Source: Actinomycetes bacterium
Lineage (GTDB): Bacteria; Actinomycetota; Actinomycetes; Mycobacteriales; Mycobacteriaceae
Direction of reading: 5' to 3'
NCBI GenBank assembly: GCA_022600605.1
Contig: JAHZKD010000441.1
Coordinates: forward strand, 15,666 to 79,665
Length of the DNA: 64,000 bases
This document shows positions 40,056 to 50,330 of this stretch, piece by piece (position 1 is the stretch's first letter; each line of letters begins with the position of its first letter). The position numbers and the translations under genes were made by a program. A model generated the notes under the pieces. That model did not search any database and was not told where the DNA came from. It saw only the letters and a program-made list of their open reading frames with translations.

Positions 40056-40892
40056 CTAGCTGGTTTCGGCAGTGGTTGTGGCCGGATCGGCGGGAACAGC
40101 GGCCCCGTCGGCACCGGAGAACGCCTCGACATCGACACCAGTGCCATCGGCTGTGCTGGTATCGGCGGCTTCCTCGGCGACCTGCCCTGCGGCCTCATCG
40201 GCCTCTGCGGCGTCATCGGCGGCCAGCGGGTCTTCAGAGATGTCACTGGCCGGGACGATTGACCCGCCGCCTGAGGACGGTGCATTGGAAAACGGATCCG
40301 CGGCCGGACTGTAGCTGGCCGGCACACCGGCGGGCGTGGAGCCGGCGAACGGATCGGCGAACGGATCAGCTGCAGCCGCCGGCGCCGCGGATTGCCCGAA
40401 GGCATCCCCAAACGGGTTCATGCCCCCCATCGGGCTCATGCCCCCCATCGGGGACATCCCACCCATCCCTGAGCCGCCTGAGCCCAAGAGTTGGCCCAAC
40501 AGGTCGGTCAAACTGGTGCCGCCTCCGGAGCCCAACGAGTCCAGATCATCACCTTTGTCATCGCTGCTGTCGTCGTCGTCGTCCTCGCTTGTGCCCTCGG
40601 CGGCCGCAGCACCATTGGCCTGTTCGGTGGCCGCGGAGCCTTCAACGATGCCGGCATTGGTGGCCTGATATTTCTCAATGATGGCCACGATGGCGGCCTG
40701 GCCCGCCGGTGACTGCGGATCAGGCACCGCCGCGATCTCAGCGGCCTCCTGGGCGGCGTTGCCGGCCACACCGTTGGCGCCGGTGACGTTGACCTGGGCG
40801 CTGTTGTCGACCGCGTCAGCGGCGAGGTCAGCACCTCCAGCGAAGCCATCCAGCGGCACATTGTCCAACCGCGTTTTCTGGGGGAAAGTCAT
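40056..40892 (-). CDS. Acidic Ala/Gly-rich hypothetical protein
   Basis: Co-oriented in the transfer operon; GGMSPM repeats. Confidence 0.6.
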   Translation of the reverse strand: MTFPQKTRLDNVPLDGFAGGADLAADAVDNSAQVNVTGANGVAGNAAQEAAEIAAVPDPQSPAGQAAIVAIIEKYQATNAGIVEGSAATEQANGAAAAEGTSEDDDDDSSDDKGDDLDSLGSGGGTSLTDLLGQLLGSGGSGMGGMSPMGGMSPMGGMNPFGDAFGQSAAPAAAADPFADPFAGSTPAGVPASYSPAADPFSNAPSSGGGSIVPASDISEDPLAADDAAEADEAAGQVAEEAADTSTADGTGVDVEAFSGADGAAVPADPATTTAETS

Positions 40893-41086
40893 CCGGTGAC
40901 CTCGGTGGAGAAGTTCAGCGCGATGACGCCGTCTCTGACGTCGCGTTCATTTCGGGCAACCGCACGGCTGTGCCTGGCGACTTCGCGCAGCCCATCGCCG
41001 AGCACAGGGCTGGTACCGAACAGTTCGTGATAGCGGCGGTGCTGCTGCTGGGATTCTTCGACCAACGCTTCAATGGCACTCATCAT
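40889..41086 (-). CDS. Small hypothetical protein
   Basis: ATGA overlap with the next gene. Confidence 0.5.
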   Translation of the reverse strand: MMSAIEALVEESQQQHRRYHELFGTSPVLGDGLREVARHSRAVARNERDVRDGVIALNFSTEVTG

Positions 41087-41098
41087 CGCGGCCCTGTC

Positions 41099-41437
41099 CT
41101 AACCAGCCGGTGAGTTAATCGGCGGCACTGCAGCACCGTTGCGCGGCGCGACCGACCCCGCGTCGGCCCCTTGGGTCGCACGCACCGGCACGGCGGGCAA
41201 TTTGGAGGTCTTTTTGTAGCCCATCTGGTCAAGCTGGTCGCTGGTGAGCACACCACCTTTGATGGCCGCCGCGCGCGCGGTCTCGTAGCGTTCACGGCGC
41301 GAGATGGCCTCCTGCAGGGCCGCCACATAAGCCCCGAAGCTCTCCCCGACATCGCCAACACGGGCGGTGTTTTCCTTGAGCAAGTTGGCATAGGCCGCTT
41401 CGGCGGCGGCCCGTTCTGTTTTCTTCTTCGGGGCCAT
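41099..41437 (-). CDS. Hypothetical helical protein
   Basis: AAGGAG RBS; directly downstream of the coupling-protein gene. Confidence 0.65.
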   Translation of the reverse strand: MAPKKKTERAAAEAAYANLLKENTARVGDVGESFGAYVAALQEAISRRERYETARAAAIKGGVLTSDQLDQMGYKKTSKLPAVPVRATQGADAGSVAPRNGAAVPPINSPAG

Positions 41438-41458
41438 GATGTGGAGCTCTCCTTTGCG

Positions 41459-44200
41459 CTAATTCATGTGCAGTTTTCGGGCGGGCATCACTTCGTAGGG
41501 GTCGAGGTCGATGTCGGCCATGTTCTGACCGTCTTCGAGGTCCCGGTAAGGGATCAGCAGCCGGTCGCCGCCTTGTCCGTCTTCGGTCCGGTAGGGCTCG
41601 CCGTGAACGTACTTCCAGTCTCCGACACCGTCAACGGAAACATCAATGAGGTCACCGAGGCCGACCTCGTTGGCGGTGAGCGCAACCTGCGGGCCGTACT
41701 CGTCGTCGGTGGTGGGCAAATACTCGTCATCGAAGCCGTCCACCGGCCCCCCGAAGGACACCTGTGACCCCACCGCTGGGCTGCCTACAAGGTCGACACT
41801 GTCCTGATCGGCATCGGTGTGATCGTCATCCATAGTGGGGCGCTTTTTGGTCGATGTCGGCCGCACGTACTGGTCACTGAGTGGGTCCAGATCGGGGCGC
41901 TCGCTGGCCAGCAGGATCGGCGACTGCCGGATCAGTGAAAACGACATCTCGTGCTCGGGATTTTCCGGGTCATAGCCGCGCAATGCGCTCTCGACCACCC
42001 GCCGCGGCCAGAAGCTATCCACCTCGCGCAGCTGGCTCAAAATGTTGCGTTCCTTGTCACTCAATGCCGCCCATTGCTGGTCTGTAGCCGGAATCTTAGG
42101 GGTGTAAAACGCCTGGATTTCTGTGAAACTCCCGTCAGGTAGCTGCACAGTTCCGCGGCCCTGGATACCGGGCTGGACGCGGGTGCCGGCGACGGGATCG
42201 TTGAACATCATGATCGCGGCATCTTTGGATCGCAGCCGCCCCATCGCGACCCGCAATGCGGTGTTATCGCGGTTCTCACCGGCGATGAACATCGTGTCTG
42301 GGCGCTGGATACCGATGACCAAATGGATACCCACAGCGCGCGCTGTACGCAGCAAGATCCCGACGTCCTTGGCCGTCGGCGGGGCGCCCTTTTCCCGCGG
42401 CAGTTTGTAGGTTTGATAGAACTCGGCCAACGCCACCATCAGGTTGGAAAACTCGTCGGTTATCGCGATGATCGGGTCGAAGTCATCGGCGCGGTTGGGG
42501 TTGATTTTGACCTCTTCGAGGCGCTCGCGCATGGTGTCGGCGATCAGCCGCAGTGCTGCGGCGTGCCCGACCAACCCGTCCTCATCAGTGCCGGCGGTCA
42601 CCAGCGACACATTGGGCCAGTCGCGCAAGCCCGGGGAGTCAAACCCCTTGGGATCAATCCAGACGGTGTTAAATCCGCGGCGGGTGCATTGAGCGCTGAT
42701 GGTCATCAGGGCCGAGGTTTTGCCCGACGACGTCATCCCCGAGATCAGCATGTGCGGCGACTTTTTGAACTCCCAGCTGATGATGTTGTTGTGGGCGTCG
42801 ATCGCGAAGGGGATCGCGGCGTTCTTGTAGAGGCTGCGAATCTTGTTGCGGGTGACCTGGGGGAAGTCCAGCGGCGGATACACCAAATTCGGCAGGCCTG
42901 GGCTGCGCACGAACCGGACACGCCGCGAGGCCATGCTCCATTGGGCTTCCCAGGAGTCCCCGAGGGCATCAGCGACCATGCCCTCGATGGCCCCGCGACG
43001 ATAGGGGGAGCTGACCCGAAGGTTGTAGGCGAACCCGACAGTGAACTCAGCGATCCCGGCGGCCAGAGCGTCGCTGGCGGTCTTCGCCGAGCGCACCGAG
43101 TCTTCGTGGGGGTCCTCGGTCCCCGAATTGTTGGTCGCATCCTCACCGGCTGAGGCTGCCGATCCCGCTGCGGCGGGATCGGCGACGGTGATGGAGATGA
43201 TGCCCGCGGCCGCGTCGAACCAGGACCAGACCAGCGGCGCGAGCACCGCCTCGGCGTCAAGGACCGGATCACGGTGCTCTATCACGGTTTCGGTGCCGAT
43301 CAACGAGCGTGTGTGGGGGTCGTGGTCGAAGGTGTAGGTGTGTCCGGTCACCTGCGCCAGCACCGCGGCGGTCGCGGCGGTGAATTCCTCGCTGACCTCC
43401 AGTGGGTGCCCGGAGTAGAGCAGTTTGATCACTTTGGGGAACGCGGGCCCACGACGCGGGTAGGCGCAGCGCAGTGCCCGCACCCGTCCGCTGCGAAAAT
43501 CGTTCCACCCCAACGCAGGAGAGCACAACACCGTGATCTCGTTGAGTTGGTCGGTGATGGCTCTGCGCGCCAGCGCCCACCGGATGAAGTGCCACAGCCC
43601 CACCGCCAGGGCTCCCAGCAGCGCGACCGCCACCAGCTGCCCGAGTAGATGTGTCATCGCCGGGGCCCCCCAGCGCAGCAGCGCACCCGCACCGGCTAAA
43701 CAGACTGCCGCGGCGGCCAGGATCAGTGCCCCGCTGGGGTATTGGTGGCCCACCCACTGCTGACCGGGCCGCAAATGCCCCGCGTGCCCGGTGCGGGTGC
43801 GGTGATTGGACGCACTCAGCGCCGCCCACCACAGCGCCCCCAGCAGCGCAGCTGATGCCGGGGCGGCGATGAACACCACCCAGAACCAGCCCACCCCAAC
43901 CCCGGCAATGACTGTTACCGGGGAAGCCGATGCCGGCAACAGATAGTCGCGGACAGCCGAGCCCTGGTAGAGGATCCGCTGGGCGGCCGGCCACACATGG
44001 ACATACCCCAACAGGCCCACCGCGACCAGCCCGGCGATCGCTATCCACCACCAGGTTTCGGTGTCGGTTTTCTTCTCGGCGATACTTTCCCCGGCCACAT
44101 GGGGCCGGGTGAGTTCGGCAGCAGTGGTGGCATAGGGACGCATCGAGGGCGTCGACGGCGAAGACACCTTGGTCGAAACATCCTTACCGCGCCCGGCCAT
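41459..44200 (-). CDS. FtsK/SpoIIIE-family conjugative coupling protein / DNA translocase (TcpA-like)
   Basis: N-terminal TMs; PHMLISGMTSSGKT, IDPK, ITDEF, GIQRPD, GRG. Confidence 0.85.
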   Translation of the reverse strand: MAGRGKDVSTKVSSPSTPSMRPYATTAAELTRPHVAGESIAEKKTDTETWWWIAIAGLVAVGLLGYVHVWPAAQRILYQGSAVRDYLLPASASPVTVIAGVGVGWFWVVFIAAPASAALLGALWWAALSASNHRTRTGHAGHLRPGQQWVGHQYPSGALILAAAAVCLAGAGALLRWGAPAMTHLLGQLVAVALLGALAVGLWHFIRWALARRAITDQLNEITVLCSPALGWNDFRSGRVRALRCAYPRRGPAFPKVIKLLYSGHPLEVSEEFTAATAAVLAQVTGHTYTFDHDPHTRSLIGTETVIEHRDPVLDAEAVLAPLVWSWFDAAAGIISITVADPAAAGSAASAGEDATNNSGTEDPHEDSVRSAKTASDALAAGIAEFTVGFAYNLRVSSPYRRGAIEGMVADALGDSWEAQWSMASRRVRFVRSPGLPNLVYPPLDFPQVTRNKIRSLYKNAAIPFAIDAHNNIISWEFKKSPHMLISGMTSSGKTSALMTISAQCTRRGFNTVWIDPKGFDSPGLRDWPNVSLVTAGTDEDGLVGHAAALRLIADTMRERLEEVKINPNRADDFDPIIAITDEFSNLMVALAEFYQTYKLPREKGAPPTAKDVGILLRTARAVGIHLVIGIQRPDTMFIAGENRDNTALRVAMGRLRSKDAAIMMFNDPVAGTRVQPGIQGRGTVQLPDGSFTEIQAFYTPKIPATDQQWAALSDKERNILSQLREVDSFWPRRVVESALRGYDPENPEHEMSFSLIRQSPILLASERPDLDPLSDQYVRPTSTKKRPTMDDDHTDADQDSVDLVGSPAVGSQVSFGGPVDGFDDEYLPTTDDEYGPQVALTANEVGLGDLIDVSVDGVGDWKYVHGEPYRTEDGQGGDRLLIPYRDLEDGQNMADIDLDPYEVMPARKLHMN

Positions 44201-44841
44201 CAGCGGCCTTGCCCGCTATCGGCCCCGCCCGCGCGTTCGCTGCCTAACTCTGGTTGTGGCGCATCGGGATCGGCAGGCGAGGATTCCGCGGGCGGGTCCA
44301 CCGGCACCACGGTGGAGACCTTCCATCCGGTGATCGCCATTTCCGCGGTGATCTCCACGGTCGACCCGTTGCTGTAGTCGACGGCGAACGTGGGGGCGGC
44401 CCAATCGGTGCCCAGCGGCCCACGCACCCCCAGCACGCGCGCTTGGTCGACGTTGCGCAGGTCGGTCAGCCGGTACTGATCTGCCAGTTCGGGCATCACG
44501 TCCGCAGAGATGGCCGCCAGCCACTGCCCACCGCCGCCCTGCGGTGAGGCGAAATTCGTGGCAAGCCGTACGACGGTGGCGCGGGCAGCTTCGGAGGAGA
44601 AGTCCGGCGCCGGGGGCATCTGGTCTGCTTCGGGCTGGTATTCACCGATCGCGTGCCCGCCGAGGGCGATTTCGCTGGCCACTGCGGCCTCGCCGGTCAG
44701 CTGGGGGGCAACCGGCGCGCTGAAGTAGTGCTGCCAGCTCATTCCGGCGATCGCGATCACCGCGATCGCGATCCCTACCCGGGTGCGCGTCGGGATCTGG
44801 CGCCAGCGTCGGCGCAGACCCGCCACGGCGGCTTTCATCAT
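44200..44841 (-). CDS. Membrane-anchored conjugation-associated protein
   Basis: Single N-terminal TM; operon-coupled. Confidence 0.65.
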   Translation of the reverse strand: MMKAAVAGLRRRWRQIPTRTRVGIAIAVIAIAGMSWQHYFSAPVAPQLTGEAAVASEIALGGHAIGEYQPEADQMPPAPDFSSEAARATVVRLATNFASPQGGGGQWLAAISADVMPELADQYRLTDLRNVDQARVLGVRGPLGTDWAAPTFAVDYSNGSTVEITAEMAITGWKVSTVVPVDPPAESSPADPDAPQPELGSERAGGADSGQGR

Positions 44842-44860
44842 CGGAGTCCTTCCTGCGCGG

Positions 44861-45988
44861 TCACGGGTAGCCGCCGCCGATCGTGGCCACGTGTACGTGG
44901 TCGAAGTGGTTGGCGGTCAACCCGCTTCGGTCTTCCATCCCCTCGACGGTGCCGCTGGGGTAGTACATCCGCTGCCGCCAGATCACGTGATCGATGCCCA
45001 GTGTCTTGGCGTTGCGCAGCAAGAAGTCGCGGATCCCGTTGCCTAGCGCAACACCTTGAGGGTTCAGGTAATTGGGGATCATGACATCGAGTGCCAGCCC
45101 TTGGGGATGCCACGGAAGCGGATCCGGGCGGTACCCGCCGATCTGGGAAATCTGGGGAAACGCCGCCGACACTGCACGGTTGGTCACGATGGTGTAGCGC
45201 TGCAGCCGGCCCTCAGGGGCCTTACCGGGCGGCAGCCTCGACAGGTTGAACACCGACCGCGACGCCCGCGGGCGCGAGGAGGCGCATAGGTTGGCGGTGT
45301 CAGCCTCGGGCATCGCTTCGGGGGCAGCGACGCTGGGCCCGGCGGCAGCCAGGACTTCTTTGAGGTGTCGGCGGTAGAACAGGGTCGCGGTAGGCACGTC
45401 GTCGGCGTAGGCATCCGGGAATGCCGAGCGCTGCACCGCCTGGGCGGCCACCGTCGGCGCCATCTGTTGCCAGCCACCCACTTTCAGCAGCGCTTCGAAG
45501 AATTTCACCGCCGCCATGCGGGGGTTCATCAGATCGGCCAACGCACCCCACCAGGGCTGCTGCTGGAAGATCCCGACCGACAGATGGTCATGACCGAGCC
45601 CTTCGTTAGGGATGCTCAGCGAAGCGGGCACCTTCGGGTTGGCCAGGTTGCGCATCCCGGATTCCTGCATCGCGGTAGCCAAAGCCACGATGATCCCCCT
45701 CTCGGGGATCCGCATCGCCAGCCCGGCGGCGATGACCGACTTGCCGTTGTTCACCGGGCCCGCACCGAAAGCCACACCCTTGTCGGCCTGCACGCCCTGG
45801 GCGCGCATCTGCTGACTACATTGCGGGGTGACCAGCGCCGCCTCGGTCGGGCTCGAGATGGTCGCACCGCTGAACATCGCGAAAAACACCAGCATTGCCG
45901 AAAACCCGAACGGCGCCAACACCGCCAGCGCGGCGTAGACCTTGCGGCGATGAGCCCATGCGGTGCGCGCGATCGTCACCCAGCCCAC
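44861..45988 (-). CDS. Putative bifunctional peptidoglycan hydrolase (lysozyme-like + LAS/M15-like peptidase)
   Basis: TAMQES, SVGIFQQQ, QAVQRSAFPDAY; HPQGLALD...NHFDHVHV. Confidence 0.75.
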   Translation of the reverse strand: MGWVTIARTAWAHRRKVYAALAVLAPFGFSAMLVFFAMFSGATISSPTEAALVTPQCSQQMRAQGVQADKGVAFGAGPVNNGKSVIAAGLAMRIPERGIIVALATAMQESGMRNLANPKVPASLSIPNEGLGHDHLSVGIFQQQPWWGALADLMNPRMAAVKFFEALLKVGGWQQMAPTVAAQAVQRSAFPDAYADDVPTATLFYRRHLKEVLAAAGPSVAAPEAMPEADTANLCASSRPRASRSVFNLSRLPPGKAPEGRLQRYTIVTNRAVSAAFPQISQIGGYRPDPLPWHPQGLALDVMIPNYLNPQGVALGNGIRDFLLRNAKTLGIDHVIWRQRMYYPSGTVEGMEDRSGLTANHFDHVHVATIGGGYP

Positions 45989-47805
45989 TAGGCGACCTCA
46001 GATAAGGCGTGGCGCCCAGCGCCGGGGGATCCGCCGGCGGCAGGGCCACCGTGGCGGGCCTTATAGATCTGCATGGCCGCGGCGAGGTTGTCGCGGATGC
46101 GGCTGTTTTCGCCCTGGCGCGGTTGCGGTTGGGTGTGGCCGGATCCGCCACCGCCGCCGCCGGAATTTGGAGTCGGTGCGGCTTCGGCGGGCCCGGAAGC
46201 CGAACTCGGGCCTGCTCCGCCGCCGGCTGCGGGTCGGTCGGTCTCTGGCGGCCTGCCTGGCCCACCATGGCCGTCGCGGCCGGCGCTGTGGTGGCCGCCG
46301 CCGTGAGGGTTGGCCATTTCGGCTTCGTGGTGCAGTCGTGCAGGTCCGTGGCCGCCCTGGGAGCCCCCGTGGGAGCCGCCTTTGTGCCCACCGAAGAGGT
46401 GTCGGGCCTCCTGGCGCAGCAGGGCCAGCTCCGCGGTCTTCTGAAAAAGCCCGCTGCGGTGGCCGCCGCCGGTGCCGCCGCTGCTGAGTTTGGCCGCACC
46501 GATGTCGCGTTGGCGATCAAACATTCTGCGCAGCGGCCCGAACACCGCGAAACCGAAGGCCAGTACCAGCGCGGTATAGAACAGCGATTGAATGGCGTTG
46601 CCGGACTGGGCGAAGACGTGATCGAGGATGAGGTTGTAGGCCCCGAAACCCGCGGTGTAGATCACCATCGCGGTGAAGGCCATCACCGCGTCGAGCACCG
46701 TTTTCCAGGCGAAGGTCTGCGGCCCCCCGGGAATCACCCCGATCGCGAACGCCGGCGGCGCCAGCGCGGCATATAGCAGCGCTTGGACCGCGGCCCGGAC
46801 CACGTGCCAGGCGAAGAACCCGGCGAAGGCCACCAAAAACAATGCGAGAAATCCGCAAATGTAGAGCGGGACCAGGACTGCGGCGGGGTTGCCCATCGAC
46901 TTCTGGTGCATACTGAGGCCTTTGACTGAATCGCAGCCTTTGATGTCGTCTTTGAGTTTGTCGCCGCGTTCGTCTTTGATGCCGTCCGTCCATGCCTGGC
47001 GGCACTGACGTGACACCGAGTCAGCCACCTGGCCGAAATTGATCATTTGGGTCGGTTGCCGCAGGAACCGGTCGGCGAGCTGGCTGACAATGTCGTCGAC
47101 GTTGGCGCCGCCGCCGGTTTGTTTCATCGTTCCGCCCGACACCGTGTTGGCGATCTGCAGGCCGGTGTCGCGGCCTTTGGCTAGCAGCCCGTCAGAGCCG
47201 ATGAGCTGGGACAGTGGGTTAGCGAAAATCGTTGCGGCCAAACCGATCATGAGCATGCCCATCGCGATATTGGACACTGCCTTGGCCGTTTTCCCGGCTA
47301 GGGTGGTCCAGACCACGACAATGCCCAGCACCGCCAACGCCGCCGCCGCTAAACCGAACTGGGCCATCGCTGATTCCACGCCGCCGCCGATGACCTTAAA
47401 CGGCGCGGTGAACAGATCCATCCACCCGAAATCAAGGACATACCGGATCAGCCACAGCGCTGTGGTGACGACGTCGCGATAGATCTCATAGGAGATCGAG
47501 GCCAGCCGGGCGAACATCGTCGAGATCGGATCGTTCCACCCGCCTTCATTGAGCGACAGCGTGTACTTGGCGACCGGAACGCCGTCGGAGTCGGTGACCC
47601 CCATCCAGGAGGTAAGCACGCCGCCGACCACGACCGCGGAGCCATCGAGGGGCTCTGCGGCCGCACGGGAGGCACCAAAGACCATCACAACGACGGCCAC
47701 AACGATGCCCGCAGTGATCCGCCGGTGCCGCCCACACCAGCCCAACACTGTGGCCGGGCTCCACGCCCGGATCCAGTCGCTGCAACGCCGCAGCGTATCG
47801 GTCAT
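45988..47805 (-). CDS. Polytopic mating-channel membrane protein (VirB6/TcpH-like)
   Basis: Multiple TMs; P.Q.INFG motif; low-complexity tail; follows virB4. Confidence 0.7.
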   Translation of the reverse strand: MTDTLRRCSDWIRAWSPATVLGWCGRHRRITAGIVVAVVVMVFGASRAAAEPLDGSAVVVGGVLTSWMGVTDSDGVPVAKYTLSLNEGGWNDPISTMFARLASISYEIYRDVVTTALWLIRYVLDFGWMDLFTAPFKVIGGGVESAMAQFGLAAAALAVLGIVVVWTTLAGKTAKAVSNIAMGMLMIGLAATIFANPLSQLIGSDGLLAKGRDTGLQIANTVSGGTMKQTGGGANVDDIVSQLADRFLRQPTQMINFGQVADSVSRQCRQAWTDGIKDERGDKLKDDIKGCDSVKGLSMHQKSMGNPAAVLVPLYICGFLALFLVAFAGFFAWHVVRAAVQALLYAALAPPAFAIGVIPGGPQTFAWKTVLDAVMAFTAMVIYTAGFGAYNLILDHVFAQSGNAIQSLFYTALVLAFGFAVFGPLRRMFDRQRDIGAAKLSSGGTGGGHRSGLFQKTAELALLRQEARHLFGGHKGGSHGGSQGGHGPARLHHEAEMANPHGGGHHSAGRDGHGGPGRPPETDRPAAGGGAGPSSASGPAEAAPTPNSGGGGGGSGHTQPQPRQGENSRIRDNLAAAMQIYKARHGGPAAGGSPGAGRHALSEVA

Positions 47806-50297
47806 TGCAGGGCCGCCTGGGCTGGCGTGGTGGACATGGCTTCTCGCCGGATCGGGCACGACGGTCCCAGAACCTTGATGCGCCCGATCGCCCCGCGCGC
47901 ATCGCGCATGTAGCCCTCGCCCTCGCGTCCGCCTATGACTTTGCCGTCGGCGCCTTTGGGGGCGGTGTTGGTGGTCAAGTCCCGCAAGATGTGGGCGTTG
48001 TTGTCCGGGTCAATGCCTAACCATTTCAGCGAGCGCCTAGCTAGAGTTTCGTCACGGTGACGCATCACGATGCGCATCGGGATGAGGTCTAAAGCGGTGC
48101 CGGGGGGGTAGTCGTTGACTGGGTCGTGGCTGCCTAAAAGCAGCGAAATGAAATCCTTGCGGCCGTCTCTTGCGAGCCGCTCTGTTCGGGCCAGGCCAGT
48201 GGGGGTCGAGGTGACGTGATAGGCCTCGTCGAGTGCCACGCTGGCGGGGCGTCCTTTGTTGAGCTGAAAGGCTTGTCGCCCCAGCTCCATGGACAACCCG
48301 TAGATCGCGCGGCCGAAGATCTTGCTCGGGCTCAGGGTGTCCCGCCCAGCGGCCTCGCCGGCGGTCGGGACTTCGACCCTGTTGGTGCGGATGACGATCG
48401 CGTCGGTGTTGAGATCAAGGGGCGCCAAGTTCGGGTCGAACAATGCAGCGGCATAGCGCCGCCCCGCCCAGTACCCCAAATGCCGGTGCAGCTCGTCCCA
48501 GCCCCCCGGCAGGGGTTTACCTTCAGGGGTCCTGCCGGCCTGGGCGCCGCGCTCCAATACCGCCAGCAGCTCGGGCATGGATCGCACACCCCACTGCGGG
48601 CGCAGCAGCTCGCCCAGCGTCATGCCCATCGGCGAGTTGGCCTCACACTCAAACAGCGGGGTTAATAGCTCCAGGGCCGCATCGGCGCCGATTGCTGCGC
48701 CGAAGGTGCGCAACGGATCCAGTGACCACCGGGGCGCCATCAAATCAACCACGGCGTGGCTGGCGTGAGTGGCTGCCGGGCGGGCGTATTCGCCGGAATC
48801 GGTGCGGTCGATGGCCAGGAACTGCCCGCCCACATCGACGAGGTGAAACAGCATGTACATGATCAGCCAGGTCTTGCCCGCGCCGAGTTCGCCGGCCACT
48901 GCGACCGCCGAGGACGCGTCTTTGAGCGGTTCACGCCACCACTCAAGGTGCACCGGCTGATTGCGGCGGCCCGAGAGGTTCAACGCGATGATCGGCCCGG
49001 CCCCGTCGCCGACGGAGTTGGTGGTCAGGGGCACGCTGGCGGCGGCGTACTCGCTGATCGTGACGTGTGAGAAGTCGCTGACCGCGCGGTGATTGAGACC
49101 GCCAGGATTCATCGCTGCCCACAGCTCGCGTTGCCCACCCAGCGGGGCGACTACTTTGATGCGGTTGCGCTCGAAGGTCTGCGATAGCTTCAGTGCCCCG
49201 TCTTCACACTGGGCGCGGGTGGGCGCGGCCACCGAAAACAGCGGACACAACGCGACCTCGACTTCGTCGTCGTTGCTTTCGAGGTGCCCGTTGTATTCAC
49301 CGAGCAACAGAACTTGCTCTGAGAGGGTGTCTTGGGCGAACGAGACCTCCGAGTCGCGTTCGCTGGCTTGTTCGTTGAGCCTGCGAAGGTTCTTGGTATT
49401 GCGGGAAATGGCTTCCTGTCGGCTGGTTTTGCGGATCCGCACCGCCCAGTCGATGTCGAAGCCGCTGACCCGGTCGGCGATGGTGAAAAACTCCGATCCA
49501 GGGAACTGCAATCCCTCCAAGGGCAGCGCCTCGATCGCCATCAGTGTCTGCCATGATTCGGCGGCCCCGATGCGGCCAGGCTGGGTGATCTTCACCAGCG
49601 GGGCGAAGCTGCTGGGCCGCCACCGTTTGCCTTCCCGGCGCCGCTCGCCTTCGTCGAACTCAGCCATGGCGAATGCACCCGCCGGGGAGGCCACATTGCT
49701 GGCCGTCGCGGTGGGGAAGATCTGCGCCTCACCGCCACGGGAGAGCGAGTGGTTCCACAGCCACACCATCTGCGCGGCAGACAGCGGGGTAAAGCCGAAC
49801 ACCGAGGGCAGCCGCGCCACGGTCGCATTCGCGAGCTCGCTGGCTTGGGTGAGCTCCATACGGTCACGTTCACTAGAGCGCCGACCCGTGGCTGCCCAGC
49901 CGGCCAAATCGGTCATCATGTCGGCATCGGCTACCGGGAAGGACAGCGTGAAGATCCGTTCTGTAGCGCGAACGGTTGACGAGAAGAACTCGTGTTTGCC
50001 TTCGCATTCCTGACGCCACTTCGACTGGGTATTGGGGTCAGTTCCTGCGATGGCGCGGGCAAGGATCTCATCGGGATTCATCGCCGCGATCACTCCGGCG
50101 ATGACGGCGTTGTCAGGCAGCGCCCGGAACAAGTTCTTGTGATGGACCAGTGCGTCGTACTTGCGTTCGTCGCTGGTGTAGCCGTAGGCCAGCCCGCTCA
50201 TTTGGTAGTCAGCCCAAATCGAGCCGTCGCGCATGCGGCGCAGATTTCCTAGCACCGACACCGTGGGCTGCAGGTTCGCATCGAGCTGCTTTGCCAT
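47802..50297 (-). CDS. virB4: VirB4/TcpF-like conjugation ATPase
   Basis: GELGAGKT, IDRT..GEY, LDEAY, RDGRK, GEGYMRD..G.IG. Confidence 0.88.
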   Translation of the reverse strand: MAKQLDANLQPTVSVLGNLRRMRDGSIWADYQMSGLAYGYTSDERKYDALVHHKNLFRALPDNAVIAGVIAAMNPDEILARAIAGTDPNTQSKWRQECEGKHEFFSSTVRATERIFTLSFPVADADMMTDLAGWAATGRRSSERDRMELTQASELANATVARLPSVFGFTPLSAAQMVWLWNHSLSRGGEAQIFPTATASNVASPAGAFAMAEFDEGERRREGKRWRPSSFAPLVKITQPGRIGAAESWQTLMAIEALPLEGLQFPGSEFFTIADRVSGFDIDWAVRIRKTSRQEAISRNTKNLRRLNEQASERDSEVSFAQDTLSEQVLLLGEYNGHLESNDDEVEVALCPLFSVAAPTRAQCEDGALKLSQTFERNRIKVVAPLGGQRELWAAMNPGGLNHRAVSDFSHVTISEYAAASVPLTTNSVGDGAGPIIALNLSGRRNQPVHLEWWREPLKDASSAVAVAGELGAGKTWLIMYMLFHLVDVGGQFLAIDRTDSGEYARPAATHASHAVVDLMAPRWSLDPLRTFGAAIGADAALELLTPLFECEANSPMGMTLGELLRPQWGVRSMPELLAVLERGAQAGRTPEGKPLPGGWDELHRHLGYWAGRRYAAALFDPNLAPLDLNTDAIVIRTNRVEVPTAGEAAGRDTLSPSKIFGRAIYGLSMELGRQAFQLNKGRPASVALDEAYHVTSTPTGLARTERLARDGRKDFISLLLGSHDPVNDYPPGTALDLIPMRIVMRHRDETLARRSLKWLGIDPDNNAHILRDLTTNTAPKGADGKVIGGREGEGYMRDARGAIGRIKVLGPSCPIRREAMSTTPAQAALQ

Positions 50298-50330
50298 GGC
50301 AATGATTCCTTCGAAGACTGGCGGGAGGGG

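Noticed and set aside
40417-40466. 18-bp repeats
   Set aside because: Coding GGMSPM repeats in a low-complexity protein
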